DNA of 30,136 nt from an uncultured delta proteobacterium (GCA_963745835.1 CAVUZH010000009.1:1-30136), one strand, 5' to 3'. Positions 1 to 9,659 are shown, counted from the stretch's first letter. Numbers and translations are program-made. Notes: a model not told the origin generated them from the letters alone.

Positions 1-74
1 GCGCCGCTTGCCCAGCGCCACCAATCGGCGCTTTCTTTGAGTCCCCATTTCTCAGGTGCGAGAGTGGTCGCCAT
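1..74 (-). CDS. 5' end of an unidentified gene running off the left edge (MATTLAPEKWGLKESADWWRWASG...)
   Basis: Minus-strand ATG at 74-72 preceded by a strong AGGAGG Shine-Dalgarno; frame open to the window edge. Confidence 0.6.
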   Translation of the reverse strand, partial: MATTLAPEKWGLKESADWWRWASG

Positions 75-225
75 ATGCCGTCCTCCTATTTTTTCCGATT
101 TGAGCGAATGACGCTTCCGAAATTAACCCTGGCCTCCGGTTCTGCGCTTGGCCAGCAAGCTTTTCTACTGGATCAACCGTTTTGCTTTTACATCGATGCC
201 ACTGATTTTTGGCCGGCTATCCCGG

Positions 226-669
226 CTAACTCACCCCGGAGGGTTTCACCAGACCAAGTTCGATTAGCATACCGAGCTCATCCCGGTTGACCCATTCTTC
301 CGCAATCTTGCCATCGCGAATGCGAAAAATTACGATTGCTGGCCAGCTGACTGTCTTTCCTGCTACCGCGTGCCGACCGAGGCGACTAGTCCATTCGTTA
401 CGGTTTACCGCGCGGTGGCTCAATCTACATGCCACGCGATCTTCCTCGGCTATTAGATCGTGGATCGTTGTAGTGAACTCGCTATACGCCTGGAGAATCC
501 TTTCCAGCGCGTGCTTGAATGCTTCCAGTCCTCGGATCGGTTCTGACGCTTCGGGCCGATGTATAATGCAATTTGTGGTAACGATTTCGTCAAGGACATC
601 CAGGTTTCTCTTATCGAGCGCTTCTTCAAAATAGCGACGCACAGTTGTTTTATTGGCCGCAATGGACAT
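226..669 (-). CDS. SnoaL-like ester cyclase / NTF2-fold protein
   Basis: MSIAANKTTVRRYFEE...IHDLIAEEDRVACR...FRIRDGKIAEEW...DELGMLIELG pattern. Start moved from 774 to ATG 669, which follows GGTGAGGAG. Confidence 0.88.
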   Translation of the reverse strand: MSIAANKTTVRRYFEEALDKRNLDVLDEIVTTNCIIHRPEASEPIRGLEAFKHALERILQAYSEFTTTIHDLIAEEDRVACRLSHRAVNRNEWTSRLGRHAVAGKTVSWPAIVIFRIRDGKIAEEWVNRDELGMLIELGLVKPSGVS

Positions 670-719
670 CTTGATCTCCTCACCGAAATTCCGCGGCTGC
701 GGATGGTCAATCCTGTTTT

Positions 720-905
720 TCTCTAATTCTTGATTGTCTGCGAGATAGGTCGGATCGTCATCGGGACCCGCCATGATTAAAAAGAACGACTTGCTATAGA
801 GCGCATCTCATCCAAGGAAATGGAGCCCAGGAAAACTCGTCACATCACGCCGCGGAAGCCAGTCGCCCAGACGACCGAAGAGATACCTGCGACCTTAAAG
901 AGTTT
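720..905 (-). pseudogene. Degraded C-terminal fragment of a flavin-containing monooxygenase (CzcO/TrkA-like flavoprotein)
   Basis: Minus strand reads VAGISSVVWATGFRG, then after a frame change RDVTSFPGLHFLG*DALYSKSFFLIMAGPDDDPTYLAD. This resembles the family's VIWATGF...GVT..PGLYFLG...DA.YLA tail. Confidence 0.55.
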
Positions 906-976
906 CCAGTAAGGAAGTAGTTCATCGCTGTATTGGCCACGTCAAAAACAAACGGAGATAGATATTACGTCCGCAC

Positions 977-1795
977 TCAGGGCCCCAAATACCCTTCCGG
1001 CGGAGGGGAATAAAGGTCGGACGTTACCTTGGTCACACCCGGCACATTTCTAATTAGCCTTAGGACTTTGTCTTCCGACCCATAGTCGACCATGCCCTTA
1101 ACGTGAATGTGGCCGCCTTCAGCGCGAACTTCGAGTGCCGATCCCTTAATATCGGGTGATGCAAACAAAGTGGCTTGGACGCGGGATGCGAGAGCAAGAT
1201 CGTTGAACGCCTGATTGGATGCGGGAGTGGGCTGGAACTCTTCGAGCTTCGCCGCCTCGATTATCACACGCTTCGCTGACTCTCGGCTCATCTTGGCCAT
1301 ATTGAGAATCAGATCGTAACGATCAGGATCGCGCCAATCGGCGCCGAACATCGCCATGAGCCGGCGGCTGCGGGCCTTATCGACCTCCTCAACATAGTGG
1401 CGCGCCGCTGCTTCAGTGAGACTTTGCCGCACCCGGATTTGCTCGATACGAAACTCGAGGGGCGCGGTCAGAAGTACTTTCAGCACGTGCCCGATGCCGG
1501 ACACAAGCTCATGACCTAAGTGGCCGTGGTAAACAATCTTGCCGTCATGAGCCAGTTCGCACAGCGAAGCTTGAAGCGCAGTCCGATAGGGCCTCAAATC
1601 TTGCAGCAGACGCTCCCACCAGTGAGGCCCTTTCTCGACCACCGCGTTGAGTTTTGCTTCAGGTATGCCATAGCGCCGGCAAGCCTCGACGAGCACCTCA
1701 CGCCCGATACAACGATACCCAAGAGCTTGGGCCACGGCTTCGGCCAGTTCCTGACCTTCGCCGGAAGCGCCTTGATAGATTGTGATAATCGGCAT
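977..1795 (-). CDS. Cytidylate kinase-like family protein with C-terminal BON domain
   Basis: N-terminal IITIYQGASGEGQELAEAVAQALGY, YDLILN motif, C-terminal LEVRAEGGHIHVKG...VPGVTKVTSDL BON pattern; RBS GGAAGG. Confidence 0.85.
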   Translation of the reverse strand: MPIITIYQGASGEGQELAEAVAQALGYRCIGREVLVEACRRYGIPEAKLNAVVEKGPHWWERLLQDLRPYRTALQASLCELAHDGKIVYHGHLGHELVSGIGHVLKVLLTAPLEFRIEQIRVRQSLTEAAARHYVEEVDKARSRRLMAMFGADWRDPDRYDLILNMAKMSRESAKRVIIEAAKLEEFQPTPASNQAFNDLALASRVQATLFASPDIKGSALEVRAEGGHIHVKGMVDYGSEDKVLRLIRNVPGVTKVTSDLYSPPPEGYLGP

Positions 1796-1974
1796 GAGAA
1801 GCCACCTTCCTCGGAGGTTTAAACGTTATCCAACTCCCACCAAAAATTCTGAAAGAGACGCCGAACCCCACACTGCCTTTCAACAAATGTTCTGGAAACT
1901 CTCGCGCAAATGCGAATCGCTTTCCAACCGGTCGCGTGCTGTCTCACACCTTCTCTTGCCTGGTCATAATGGCA

Positions 1975-2298
1975 CTATGCGACACCGGGTGGACGAAGAC
2001 CTTCACTCTTCTGCGCGGCCTGGTCCATTTCTTCGGGGGTGATGAGTACCGTCGCTTTCGCATGAACGGCTCCGGTAGAATTTGCAGCCAGCGAAATCGC
2101 CGCGGCGCTCACATTATCAGGGAAATCGACTATCGCAAAAACGTCAGTCTCGCCAAATGCGAAATACAACGTCTCCAATTTGCCACCCGCGGTACCAAAG
2201 AATTGATCGACCATTTGACGCCGCTTGGTCCCGCCTTCTTTGGTAAGTCCTTTAGTTCCCTCTCGGGTAAAGGATACCTGCATGAGAAACTTAGACAT
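1975..2298 (-). CDS. GYD domain-containing protein
   Basis: GGKLETLYFAFGETDVFAIVDFPD and LITPEEMDQA motifs; RBS AAGGAGG. Confidence 0.88.
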   Translation of the reverse strand: MSKFLMQVSFTREGTKGLTKEGGTKRRQMVDQFFGTAGGKLETLYFAFGETDVFAIVDFPDNVSAAAISLAANSTGAVHAKATVLITPEEMDQAAQKSEGLRPPGVA

Positions 2299-2721
2299 AA
2301 AACCTCCTTGTCACGGAACTTTGTTATCCTGCTCCTCTCGTCCGTCGAGAAGGTTCGCGTTTCTTCAGTGGATGTCGTCGATTACTGTCACTCGACGTGG
2401 GTCTTGGCACCAACTTTCCTCAAAACAACCATTAAAAAGGCCAGCACACCCTGGCGCTAATAGCACCCGAGCGGCTGGCCCCAAACTCTTCTTATCATTT
2501 TCCCCCTCCGAGGAACGGTTCACGTTCCATCGTCGGCCTCAGATCAAGCCTTATCAATGATGGGGGAGGCTTATTACCGGGCAAGCCATATCACATGAAC
2601 AGAGTCTGTCAACGAATTTTATTCAAGACAGGACCGAATTAAACGGCGCTTCAGATTTGATTTGAGTGAAGATTGAGTTGAAGGAGAAAACAGTTCAATT
2701 AGACGGTTAGAGCTGGGCTCA

Positions 2722-2767
2722 GATACCGCCAATAGCCACACAGGAGAGGGAGGCTATTGGCGGTATC
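2722..2767. terminator. Perfect 16-bp inverted repeat downstream of the DUF3455 gene; probable terminator or RNA-stability hairpin
   Basis: GATACCGCCAATAGCC (2722-2737), 14-nt loop, GGCTATTGGCGGTATC (2752-2767). No clear U tract. Confidence 0.5.
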
Positions 2768-2839
2768 CTGTAGGCGAATGTTAGGCACGAACTGGACGAG
2801 GAGAGCCAGGGTTCATGGAAGTTCGACCCTGTGGGTTTC

Positions 2840-3523
2840 TCAGTTGTAGAACAAGTAGTCGGCCGTGTAAGGGACCGATGCCCTCTTGCCGACGTCTGTT
2901 GCCAGCGCACAGCCGGTCGAAGGCGCGATTCCTCCGACGGTGTTCAGTCGCTGGATGAAGGCGGTTGAAGTCAGCCTGTGGCCACCGGTTGGTCCGTCTT
3001 GGGCGCCAACCACATCGAGCAGGAGCCAGGGAAGCGCATCCGGCGCGACGAAGGCGGTGTCGGAGGAGGCGGAAATCGCCATGGCCCACACGGTGCTCGT
3101 GTCCCGGGAGTCCTGCCACGTGGCGCGAATCGTGCCATCGGCCATTACCCCTGCATTAGTATTATTCTCAACCGGATTGGGGCTGAAGAAGTGGGTGATG
3201 ACCTGCTTATCGTTGTCCGTAAACAACGTGGCCTGCGGTGTAAAGAGTATCCAGGCGAAGCCGGAGGCGTTCGGACACATCGATGTCGTGGGGTTGGGGC
3301 ACGGCACGCAGATGTAGTCTTGGGTACCGACGGCGTGACCCTCGAGGAATGCCTTGCTCCCCGCTGGCACCTGAATGTTGGAGGGTACCGGTGGCGGTTT
3401 GACACGGTCAGAGTAAGCAGGCTGCGGCAGCGCGATCGTAAAAGCCACAGCGAGAGCGGTGGCGCACGCGATGAGCAGAATACGAGGCGTGGTCTGATGC
3501 TCCGATCCGTTGCAGTTCTTCAT
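2840..3523 (-). CDS. Secreted DUF3455-family protein
   Basis: Signal-like hydrophobic stretch, AVGTQDYIC, PQATLF, LPWLLL, IQRLNTVGGIAP, VPYTADYLFY. ATG 3523 follows AGGAG. Confidence 0.85.
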   Translation of the reverse strand: MKNCNGSEHQTTPRILLIACATALAVAFTIALPQPAYSDRVKPPPVPSNIQVPAGSKAFLEGHAVGTQDYICVPCPNPTTSMCPNASGFAWILFTPQATLFTDNDKQVITHFFSPNPVENNTNAGVMADGTIRATWQDSRDTSTVWAMAISASSDTAFVAPDALPWLLLDVVGAQDGPTGGHRLTSTAFIQRLNTVGGIAPSTGCALATDVGKRASVPYTADYLFYN

Positions 3524-3810
3524 ACCATTCTCCTGGTGCACCTTTACAAACTTTAAGGTGAGGTGTGCAGAGCCTTCAGCGATTACCCTCACCGCTCATT
3601 CCGCCATGAACCAGCATAGGGTCGCGATTCCATCCGTCGAAACCGATTGCGCTGCAAATATCACCAGCTAAGCCAACTTGTCAACGTTCCGTTGGTCGTC
3701 GGTACTGAAGTCGCCCAAGGATTGAAGTGAAAATTGTGTTAAAGGCTTCGCGATGACGCACTTTACACGGAGCGCAGAGCGGCGACCGGACGGTGTCTCT
3801 GTCCATTGCG

Positions 3811-4157
3811 TTGCCGCCATTTCGTCCTTCACTCTTCTAGACGTTTGCGGCGCTGCGTCGTTTAGACTCTCTGTCGATGAACTATCAGCCTGGCTCTTCA
3901 CCTTTGGCGCCATGTACCCCGTTTATGTGCTAGATGTTCACGGGGTGAGGACCAATGATTGCGAGGCTTGATGGAGCACGTTCATGGAGGAAGCAGCCGC
4001 GAATATCGCTAAGAAAATGACCTTTGGCGATGCCGTACTTCTATGGGAGGCGGAAAATTATCACGCTGAAGCGATCATCACCTGGAACACAAAAAACTTC
4101 GGACGTCGCACCCGGCTGACTGTTCTCAGTCCAACGGCTTTTCTGCGCCAGCATTGA
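3811..4157 (+). pseudogene. PIN-domain (VapC-like) nuclease pseudogene, 5'-truncated with in-frame TGA at 3969-3971
   Basis: One frame reads AAISSFTLLDVCGAASF...EA*WSTFMEE...MTFGDAVLLWEAENYHAEAIITWNTKNF...VLSPTAFL. The DA..L...A......IITWN.K.F tail is PIN-like; the N-terminal LDTN motif is missing. Confidence 0.7.
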
Positions 4158-4196
4158 AAAGATAATCTTTACGAATTTGTCGCCTCGACGGATATG

Positions 4197-4287
4197 CTAT
4201 GGGCGACAAGCCCGTAGCATCTACGGAACTCGAGCAGATGCCAAAATCAAAGATGAAGTGTAAGGGCGCAGCATACTGCGCCCTTAC
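4197..4287. repeat. Pair of 28-bp REP-like palindromes; the second probably also acts as a terminator
   Basis: GTAAGGGCGCAG-CATA-CTGCGCCCTTAC (4260-4287) is a perfect 12-bp stem; degenerate copy CTATGGGCGACAAGCCCGTAGCATCTAC at 4197-4224. Confidence 0.6.
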
Positions 4288-4302
4288 CGTAGAATACTTT
4301 AC

Positions 4303-5415
4303 CTAATGATGCGCCGCCTGTTCGTCCAAAGACAGATTGATGTGATGGTGCGATTTGGAAACCGGGCCGATGCCGCTAACGATTGTCTGCCAATGCTCGC
4401 CTTCGTCATCGCTGTAAAAAATATCGCCGTCGGTCGTGCCGGCAAATAAAGCATAGCCCCCGTTCCAGACATCCATCGCCATCCCTTCAATGTTGGCGCG
4501 AATGTGTTCCGGCAAGCCGCCGGTCAGAATATCCCAAGTCTTGCCGCCGTCCCGGCTGCGCGCGATGCGCGCGTCGGCGGTGTGCAGTTTGCGCCAGGTG
4601 CCTGGGCCGGTCTTGGCGCCGGCAACGAACAAAAGATTCGGATCCGAAGGATGGACGAAGAATGGGTCGACGTAGCCAATGCGAAAATCTCTCGGCGTCA
4701 TGCTTTTCCAGCTCTCGCCGCCATCTTCGCTGACGCAAAACCCCGCGGCGGTTTCAGGCCCGCAATTGGTCGTTGGCGCAGTGCCGTAGAGCTTGCTCGG
4801 ATCATTGGTCGGAATCAGCACCCGATGCGCGTCGGGGTTGATGTTGTCGACCGTGCTCCATGTTTTACCGCCGTCCGTACTCTTGAGAAATCCGCCCACT
4901 TCGATGGCCACGTGGATGATGTTTGGATCCTTGGGGTGAAAGGTGATGCTCTTGGCATGCGCCAGGTGCGGTGGGCCGGGGAAAGTCCACTTCTCGACAC
5001 CGGGCACTTGACGGAGTCCCGGCAGCTCGGTCCAGCTTTTGCCGAGATCGTCGCTGTAAAACAGATGCGCCGGCTGGGTACCTGCGTACAGCCGCGGCTT
5101 GCCGTCAATCACTTGGGTCGCAAGAGAGTAAATCTCCTTATCGTCTATTCCGTTGTCACGTTGCTCCCAGGTCTGGCCATGATCCGCGCTGGCGTAAATC
5201 TCACCGCTATAAGTACCGCCGAACAGCGTTTGGGTTATCGGCTCGAAGACAATCGAGCTGAAATGCTTTCCCGGAACCATGGTCCCCTGACCTTCCCATG
5301 AGCCATTGCGCTTGTGAAAAGCAAAAATGCCATCCACCGTGCCGACGAGTAGTTTCTCCTTTGGCGTTTCGCCCTGAGTGATCGACTGCCCTCCGGGTGA
5401 TAGACAGATAAACAT
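4303..5415 (-). CDS. BNR/Asp-box repeat beta-propeller protein (WD40/YVTN/BNR-like)
   Basis: Repeated SxDxGxTW Asp-boxes (SADHGQTW, SDDLGKSW, STDGGKTW, SEDGGESW, SRDGGKTW, SDDEGEHW). ATG 5415 follows AAGGAGG. Confidence 0.88.
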   Translation of the reverse strand: MFICLSPGGQSITQGETPKEKLLVGTVDGIFAFHKRNGSWEGQGTMVPGKHFSSIVFEPITQTLFGGTYSGEIYASADHGQTWEQRDNGIDDKEIYSLATQVIDGKPRLYAGTQPAHLFYSDDLGKSWTELPGLRQVPGVEKWTFPGPPHLAHAKSITFHPKDPNIIHVAIEVGGFLKSTDGGKTWSTVDNINPDAHRVLIPTNDPSKLYGTAPTTNCGPETAAGFCVSEDGGESWKSMTPRDFRIGYVDPFFVHPSDPNLLFVAGAKTGPGTWRKLHTADARIARSRDGGKTWDILTGGLPEHIRANIEGMAMDVWNGGYALFAGTTDGDIFYSDDEGEHWQTIVSGIGPVSKSHHHINLSLDEQAAHH

Positions 5416-5894
5416 AGCGTCGCCTCCTTTAATGTTCGGAAGAGTAGGGTTGAGTTTGTTCACTTGAAGCCACTCTACTGAACCACGCGCGGCTTCGTCA
5501 AGCCGGATCATCAGCCAGTCCGACGAACGTTTTCCTTGTGGCGCCGAGATAAAGCCGGCGGCTGTTTCCTCGCGCGACGCTGTGAGTGGACTACCGATTA
5601 AATGTCCCCAAGACTTTCATTAAGCGCTGGTGATCGCCGGCGCGGCACCATCAAGCGGCAAAACGCGGTGCGTGCTTATCCACATATTGTGCCTGGGGTA
5701 GTCGGTCAAAAATCGAGACAACGGGCCCAGCTTCGAAGATCCGACTCTGAAGCCGCAAACATAGCTTTGAAGAGCGTTGGAAATTTACTTGGTGATGACA
5801 ACTTCTTTTTGTCTGATTGCCATCCAGAAATCGCCCCCGCCTGGACAGGAACGGAGCGGCGATCGTTTGATTAGAGGGACGGAAGAACAACCAG

Positions 5895-6443
5895 TCACGC
5901 ACCGATGCGGGTGCGTTTCAGGGCATTTAATAGAATCGACGGCCTCGGGGAAGGTTCAGGAATTCCGTTGAGCAAACGGCGAATAAAAATCTGCAAGCGT
6001 TCACGGTCATGATACTGAAAACGTAAGAACTCGATGCCGATTCTGTTTCTGTCAATCTCGCGCACCAGTGCCGCCTCGACACCGATCGGCGCTAGCTCTT
6101 CGGACATTTGCAACGCCATGCGCACGATACTGCCTTCGGCGATGGTCGTGTCAGCCTGGAGCGTGCAACCGTTTAGTGAAATGTCGATCACGTGACCGGC
6201 CCCCTCTACGCCATCGCAAGCAAACGAAACCGGAAAACTCGCGGGCATCCGGTTATACTCGCGACGATCTTCCTCAACTCGCGTGTACCGCACACCCCAC
6301 TGCATGAAACTAAAACGGTAACCGCACAGCTGGCACCTGAAAGGATAGACATAAATGATGCTCAGCAGACGTTCTTTGAACCCGATCCGCGAAACCCGTT
6401 TGGTGTAATCGCGCGAACAATTCGGACATAGCGGTTGAAGCAT
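5895..6443 (-). CDS. PilZ-domain protein with N-terminal zinc ribbon
   Basis: CPNC...CQLC, followed by PilZ motifs RREYNR (RxxxR) and DISLNG (DxSxxG) and GIEF. Confidence 0.85.
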   Translation of the reverse strand: MLQPLCPNCSRDYTKRVSRIGFKERLLSIIYVYPFRCQLCGYRFSFMQWGVRYTRVEEDRREYNRMPASFPVSFACDGVEGAGHVIDISLNGCTLQADTTIAEGSIVRMALQMSEELAPIGVEAALVREIDRNRIGIEFLRFQYHDRERLQIFIRRLLNGIPEPSPRPSILLNALKRTRIGA

Positions 6444-6645
6444 TGACTCTTTTCCCGTCCTTGACCTTGTCTTCCATGGCCTTCACAAGGGTAAGGGCGT
6501 GCCAATGCAAGCCATGTTCCGCCAGATACAACGCGGCCCGACGGCAAATGATTACAAGGATTCGGCAGAATTGCGTTCGCAATCGCCTAAGAACGGATTG
6601 ATCCCTCGTCAATCCGCAGGGGGAACAACAGCGCGGCGGGCACGC

Positions 6646-7674
6646 TCAATCGCCAAGTAGCTTCTTCATGCGCTCGACAACCTCTCGAGGTTGATTGACC
6701 GCCTCTTTGGCGATGGTCTCGAGCTGTTCGCCGAAATCTGGATCGGTTTCCAATTTTCGGGTTTTCACATCAGCCAGGAAAGCCGGATCTGCCATCGTCT
6801 TTTGGAAGCCGTCGCGGAGAATCTTCAATCGATCGGCCGGCAGATTCGGTGGCGCAATAAACGGTCGTCCCAGGTCTCCGGAAGCCAAGATCGCGGTCAC
6901 CAGTGATCGAGTCTGCACCGGTGTTTTGTACTCTTCCATGAGGTCATAAATAGTCGGCACGTCAGGCATGCGCGAATCACGTTTGCGGCCGGTTTGCATC
7001 AGTATCCGGACCACATTCTTCTTGCGCCAGGTGATAAATGGTTCACGGGCAAAAAAGGTTGGAATGCTCAGCGACCGGCAAACGACCTCGCCTCTTTCGA
7101 GCGCCAAGTCCTGCTCTGCGCCTCCTTTATAGCCCATCACCATATCGAATTTGGCGCCGAACGCCTCCTCGAGCAGCTTGGGAATAAAATGACCGCTCGT
7201 GCCGGTGCTGGTAGCTGAACACTTGGGAGCCTGAGTTGCCTTGCGAATGTCTTCAATGCTCTTGAACGGCGTGTCTGCTTTCATATAGAGCAGCCACGGC
7301 GTGTTCTCGGTCGAACCGATCCAGCCAAACTTTGCCCAATCGAAACTCACTTCCTTTTTGCCGATCAGTTGATCGAAATACAGCGACGGCCCGATGGAAC
7401 CCATCATCGTTCCATCGGGCTTGGCAACGTTGTAGATATAATTGGCGGCGATCATGGAGCCGGCGCCCGGCATGTTCTGCACGATCATGCCGGGATTACC
7501 AGGGATGTGCTTCGGCATATGGGCCGCCAGCAGGCGCGCCCAGATATCGTACCCGTCACCAGGCAGGTAACCAACAATGGTCGTAATGGTTTTTCCCTGG
7601 AAAAACGGAGCCTGTGCATGTGCCGCTGCTACACTCGAGACGACGAACGTTAACGCGAGGAAGAAATTTTTCAT
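6646..7674 (-). CDS. Bug/TctC-family tripartite tricarboxylate transporter substrate-binding protein
   Basis: Signal peptide, GKTITTIVGYLPGDGYD, VQNMPGAGS, KPDG, GYKGG, PDVPT motifs. Confidence 0.9.
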   Translation of the reverse strand: MKNFFLALTFVVSSVAAAHAQAPFFQGKTITTIVGYLPGDGYDIWARLLAAHMPKHIPGNPGMIVQNMPGAGSMIAANYIYNVAKPDGTMMGSIGPSLYFDQLIGKKEVSFDWAKFGWIGSTENTPWLLYMKADTPFKSIEDIRKATQAPKCSATSTGTSGHFIPKLLEEAFGAKFDMVMGYKGGAEQDLALERGEVVCRSLSIPTFFAREPFITWRKKNVVRILMQTGRKRDSRMPDVPTIYDLMEEYKTPVQTRSLVTAILASGDLGRPFIAPPNLPADRLKILRDGFQKTMADPAFLADVKTRKLETDPDFGEQLETIAKEAVNQPREVVERMKKLLGD

Positions 7675-7754
7675 AAGTGCCCCTACTATTTTTTGACCGC
7701 GCGACATGCTTGAAGTGGACTCTCGATGCTCGCACGGAATCCAGCTATAGCCGA

Positions 7755-8312
7755 CTAAGACTTAAACCGCTGAACCCAAACAACGAACGCTTCTAGAAAT
7801 TTCTTGAGGTGCTGGCGGGTGTTATCGTCGGTCAATCGGCCGGACGAATCAAAAAGCGGCGCAGCTGAAGGTATCTTGATCTCCGGCTGAAGCATGACGT
7901 AGGTCTCCGTAAACACAAACGTCTGCCGTAAAGCGTGTTGCACTCGTATAGTTCCCCCTAGTCCGGGGGAGCACCCCATAATAGCCGCCGGCTTGCGATT
8001 CAGCACAGACTTGCCGGCCGGGCGCGAGGCCCAGTCGATGGCATTCTTGAGCACGCCGGGCACACCATAGTTGTATTCAGGGGTCGAGATCAGAATTGCA
8101 TCGGCCTCATTGATGGCGGCTTTCATCACCGCCACTGGTTCGGGATCTCCCTTAGCAAAAACGTCCTCGTTATAAGGCGGGATATCTCCTAAGCCGGTAT
8201 AAGTCTTGATCTCCATCCCTGCCGGCGCAAGCTCTACGGCCGCCCGCAGCAGGCCCTTGTTTAAAGATCCCTCTCGGAGACTACCTGGTATTCCGGCGAC
8301 GCGAATGCTCAT
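7755..8312 (-). CDS. NAD(P)H-dependent FMN reductase (ChrR/SsuE-like)
   Basis: GSLREGSLN and TPEYNYGVPGVLKNAIDWASR signatures; RBS GGAGG. Confidence 0.93.
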   Translation of the reverse strand: MSIRVAGIPGSLREGSLNKGLLRAAVELAPAGMEIKTYTGLGDIPPYNEDVFAKGDPEPVAVMKAAINEADAILISTPEYNYGVPGVLKNAIDWASRPAGKSVLNRKPAAIMGCSPGLGGTIRVQHALRQTFVFTETYVMLQPEIKIPSAAPLFDSSGRLTDDNTRQHLKKFLEAFVVWVQRFKS

Positions 8313-8396
8313 TCAACCTCCATTATTGTGCCTTGTTAAAGTAATCTTATCGGCGCCAATCAAAGCTTCAGGCGCGCCTGTTGTCGATTATTTCCG

Positions 8397-8885
8397 TCAG
8401 TGAAGATAGCCCTCAGTAATCGATGCTTGGGATTGCGCCAGCGTGAGGTTCTGCTGCACCGCGTGCAGGTGCGGATGAATTTCCAGAGCCCGGCGAAAAC
8501 AGATAACGGCTTCGCGGTATTCATCCAGCGCCATATGGCACAGCCCCTGGCCGGCCGAGGCGCCGAAGTGATTGGGATTGCGTGTTAAGGTTTCCTGACA
8601 ATCACCGATGGATGCGGCGAAATTCTGTCTCAAATAGCGTACGGTCGCGCGCTTGTTCCACCCCTCTGCAAACTGTGGCGCCATCTCGAGCACTTTGCCG
8701 AACAAAGTCTCTGCCAACTCGAGCTCGCCTCTTTGCATGGCATCGACACCGTCACGGAAAACTCGATCCGTTTCCAGGTCGCCCGATTGACACCAATGGC
8801 GCCAAAGAAATGCCTCCGCATTAGCGGCCGAGAGTCGGTCCTGCCCTTTTAGGGCGCTCAGCGCTTCTTGTTCGCTTGAAAACAT
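8397..8885 (-). CDS. Tetratricopeptide repeat protein
   Basis: APQFAEGWNKRATVRY, NPNHFGASAGQGLCH, FRRALEIHP TPR units. Confidence 0.85.
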   Translation of the reverse strand: MFSSEQEALSALKGQDRLSAANAEAFLWRHWCQSGDLETDRVFRDGVDAMQRGELELAETLFGKVLEMAPQFAEGWNKRATVRYLRQNFAASIGDCQETLTRNPNHFGASAGQGLCHMALDEYREAVICFRRALEIHPHLHAVQQNLTLAQSQASITEGYLH

Positions 8886-8966
8886 GAAAGAACCTCTCAA
8901 TCACAAAGAGATCTCTCTTTGGTTATCACCTAGCCGAACCAAACCGGAGACAATCCATCCAGATCA

Positions 8967-9659
8967 TCAAGTGCTTCTGGCGGCCGTCCAAGACGAAGTC
9001 TTTGCCGCGACTTCGTCGAGCACTTCACTATCGGTGCGGCCGGAACGTTTGGCCATATGAAGCGAATGATCGCCGCCTTCGACGACGAAAACCTCTGCGC
9101 GTCCATCCAATTGAGCGCAGAGTGGCTTTAGCAGCTTGAGATCAGCCAAAGCATCGCGCGAACCCTGGATAAAAAGCATTGGCACCTGAACATCAGCTAG
9201 ATGTTTGCCTCGTTCCGCCGACGGCGCTCCCGGCGCATGGAGCGGAAAGCCAAAAAAGATCAGGCCATGCAGCTTGTCCATGGGCGCTTTCGCTAGTGTT
9301 AAAGATGTCATTCGGCCACCCATTGATTTGCCGCCGGCAAAGATCGGCAGGCCATCGGAATACTTCTCAGCCGCGGTCAACGCGGCTTGAACCGTGGCGA
9401 TGAGAACTCCTTCGGAATCGGGCCGTTTAACTCGCTTTTCCATATAGGGAAATTGGTAACGCATGGTAGCGACGCCAAGTCCCGCCAGTCTTTGCGAGAG
9501 GTCCTCAATAAAGCGATGACGCATTCCGGCTCCGGCTCCGTGCGCAAACACCAGCAAGGAGACAGCGTGCTTAGGCTTTAACAGAAGTCCGGACATAACC
9601 CCCGCCGTTTCACTTACAACAAAATGAATTTCTTTAGCGCCGGATCGCTTTTCAGCCAT
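8967..9659 (-). CDS. Alpha/beta hydrolase (KANL3/Tex30-like)
   Basis: AHGAGAGM, nucleophile motif GGKSMGGR, GFPLH, QGSRD, GGDHS. Confidence 0.9.
   Translation of the reverse strand: MAEKRSGAKEIHFVVSETAGVMSGLLLKPKHAVSLLVFAHGAGAGMRHRFIEDLSQRLAGLGVATMRYQFPYMEKRVKRPDSEGVLIATVQAALTAAEKYSDGLPIFAGGKSMGGRMTSLTLAKAPMDKLHGLIFFGFPLHAPGAPSAERGKHLADVQVPMLFIQGSRDALADLKLLKPLCAQLDGRAEVFVVEGGDHSLHMAKRSGRTDSEVLDEVAAKTSSWTAARST

Noticed and set aside
3969-3971. Selenocysteine or recoded TGA in the PIN gene
   Set aside because: The gene is also 5'-truncated, TGA is a normal stop elsewhere in the window, and no SECIS-like hairpin is evident.
4504-5301. Long antisense ORFs (also 2978-3556, 13038-13619, 28037-28603)
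   Set aside because: Shadow frames of well-supported genes in GC-rich DNA, with no motifs of their own.
5602-5874. 90-aa plus-strand ORF ending WTGTERRSFD
   Set aside because: No clear RBS or recognisable family; might be real but cannot be supported.
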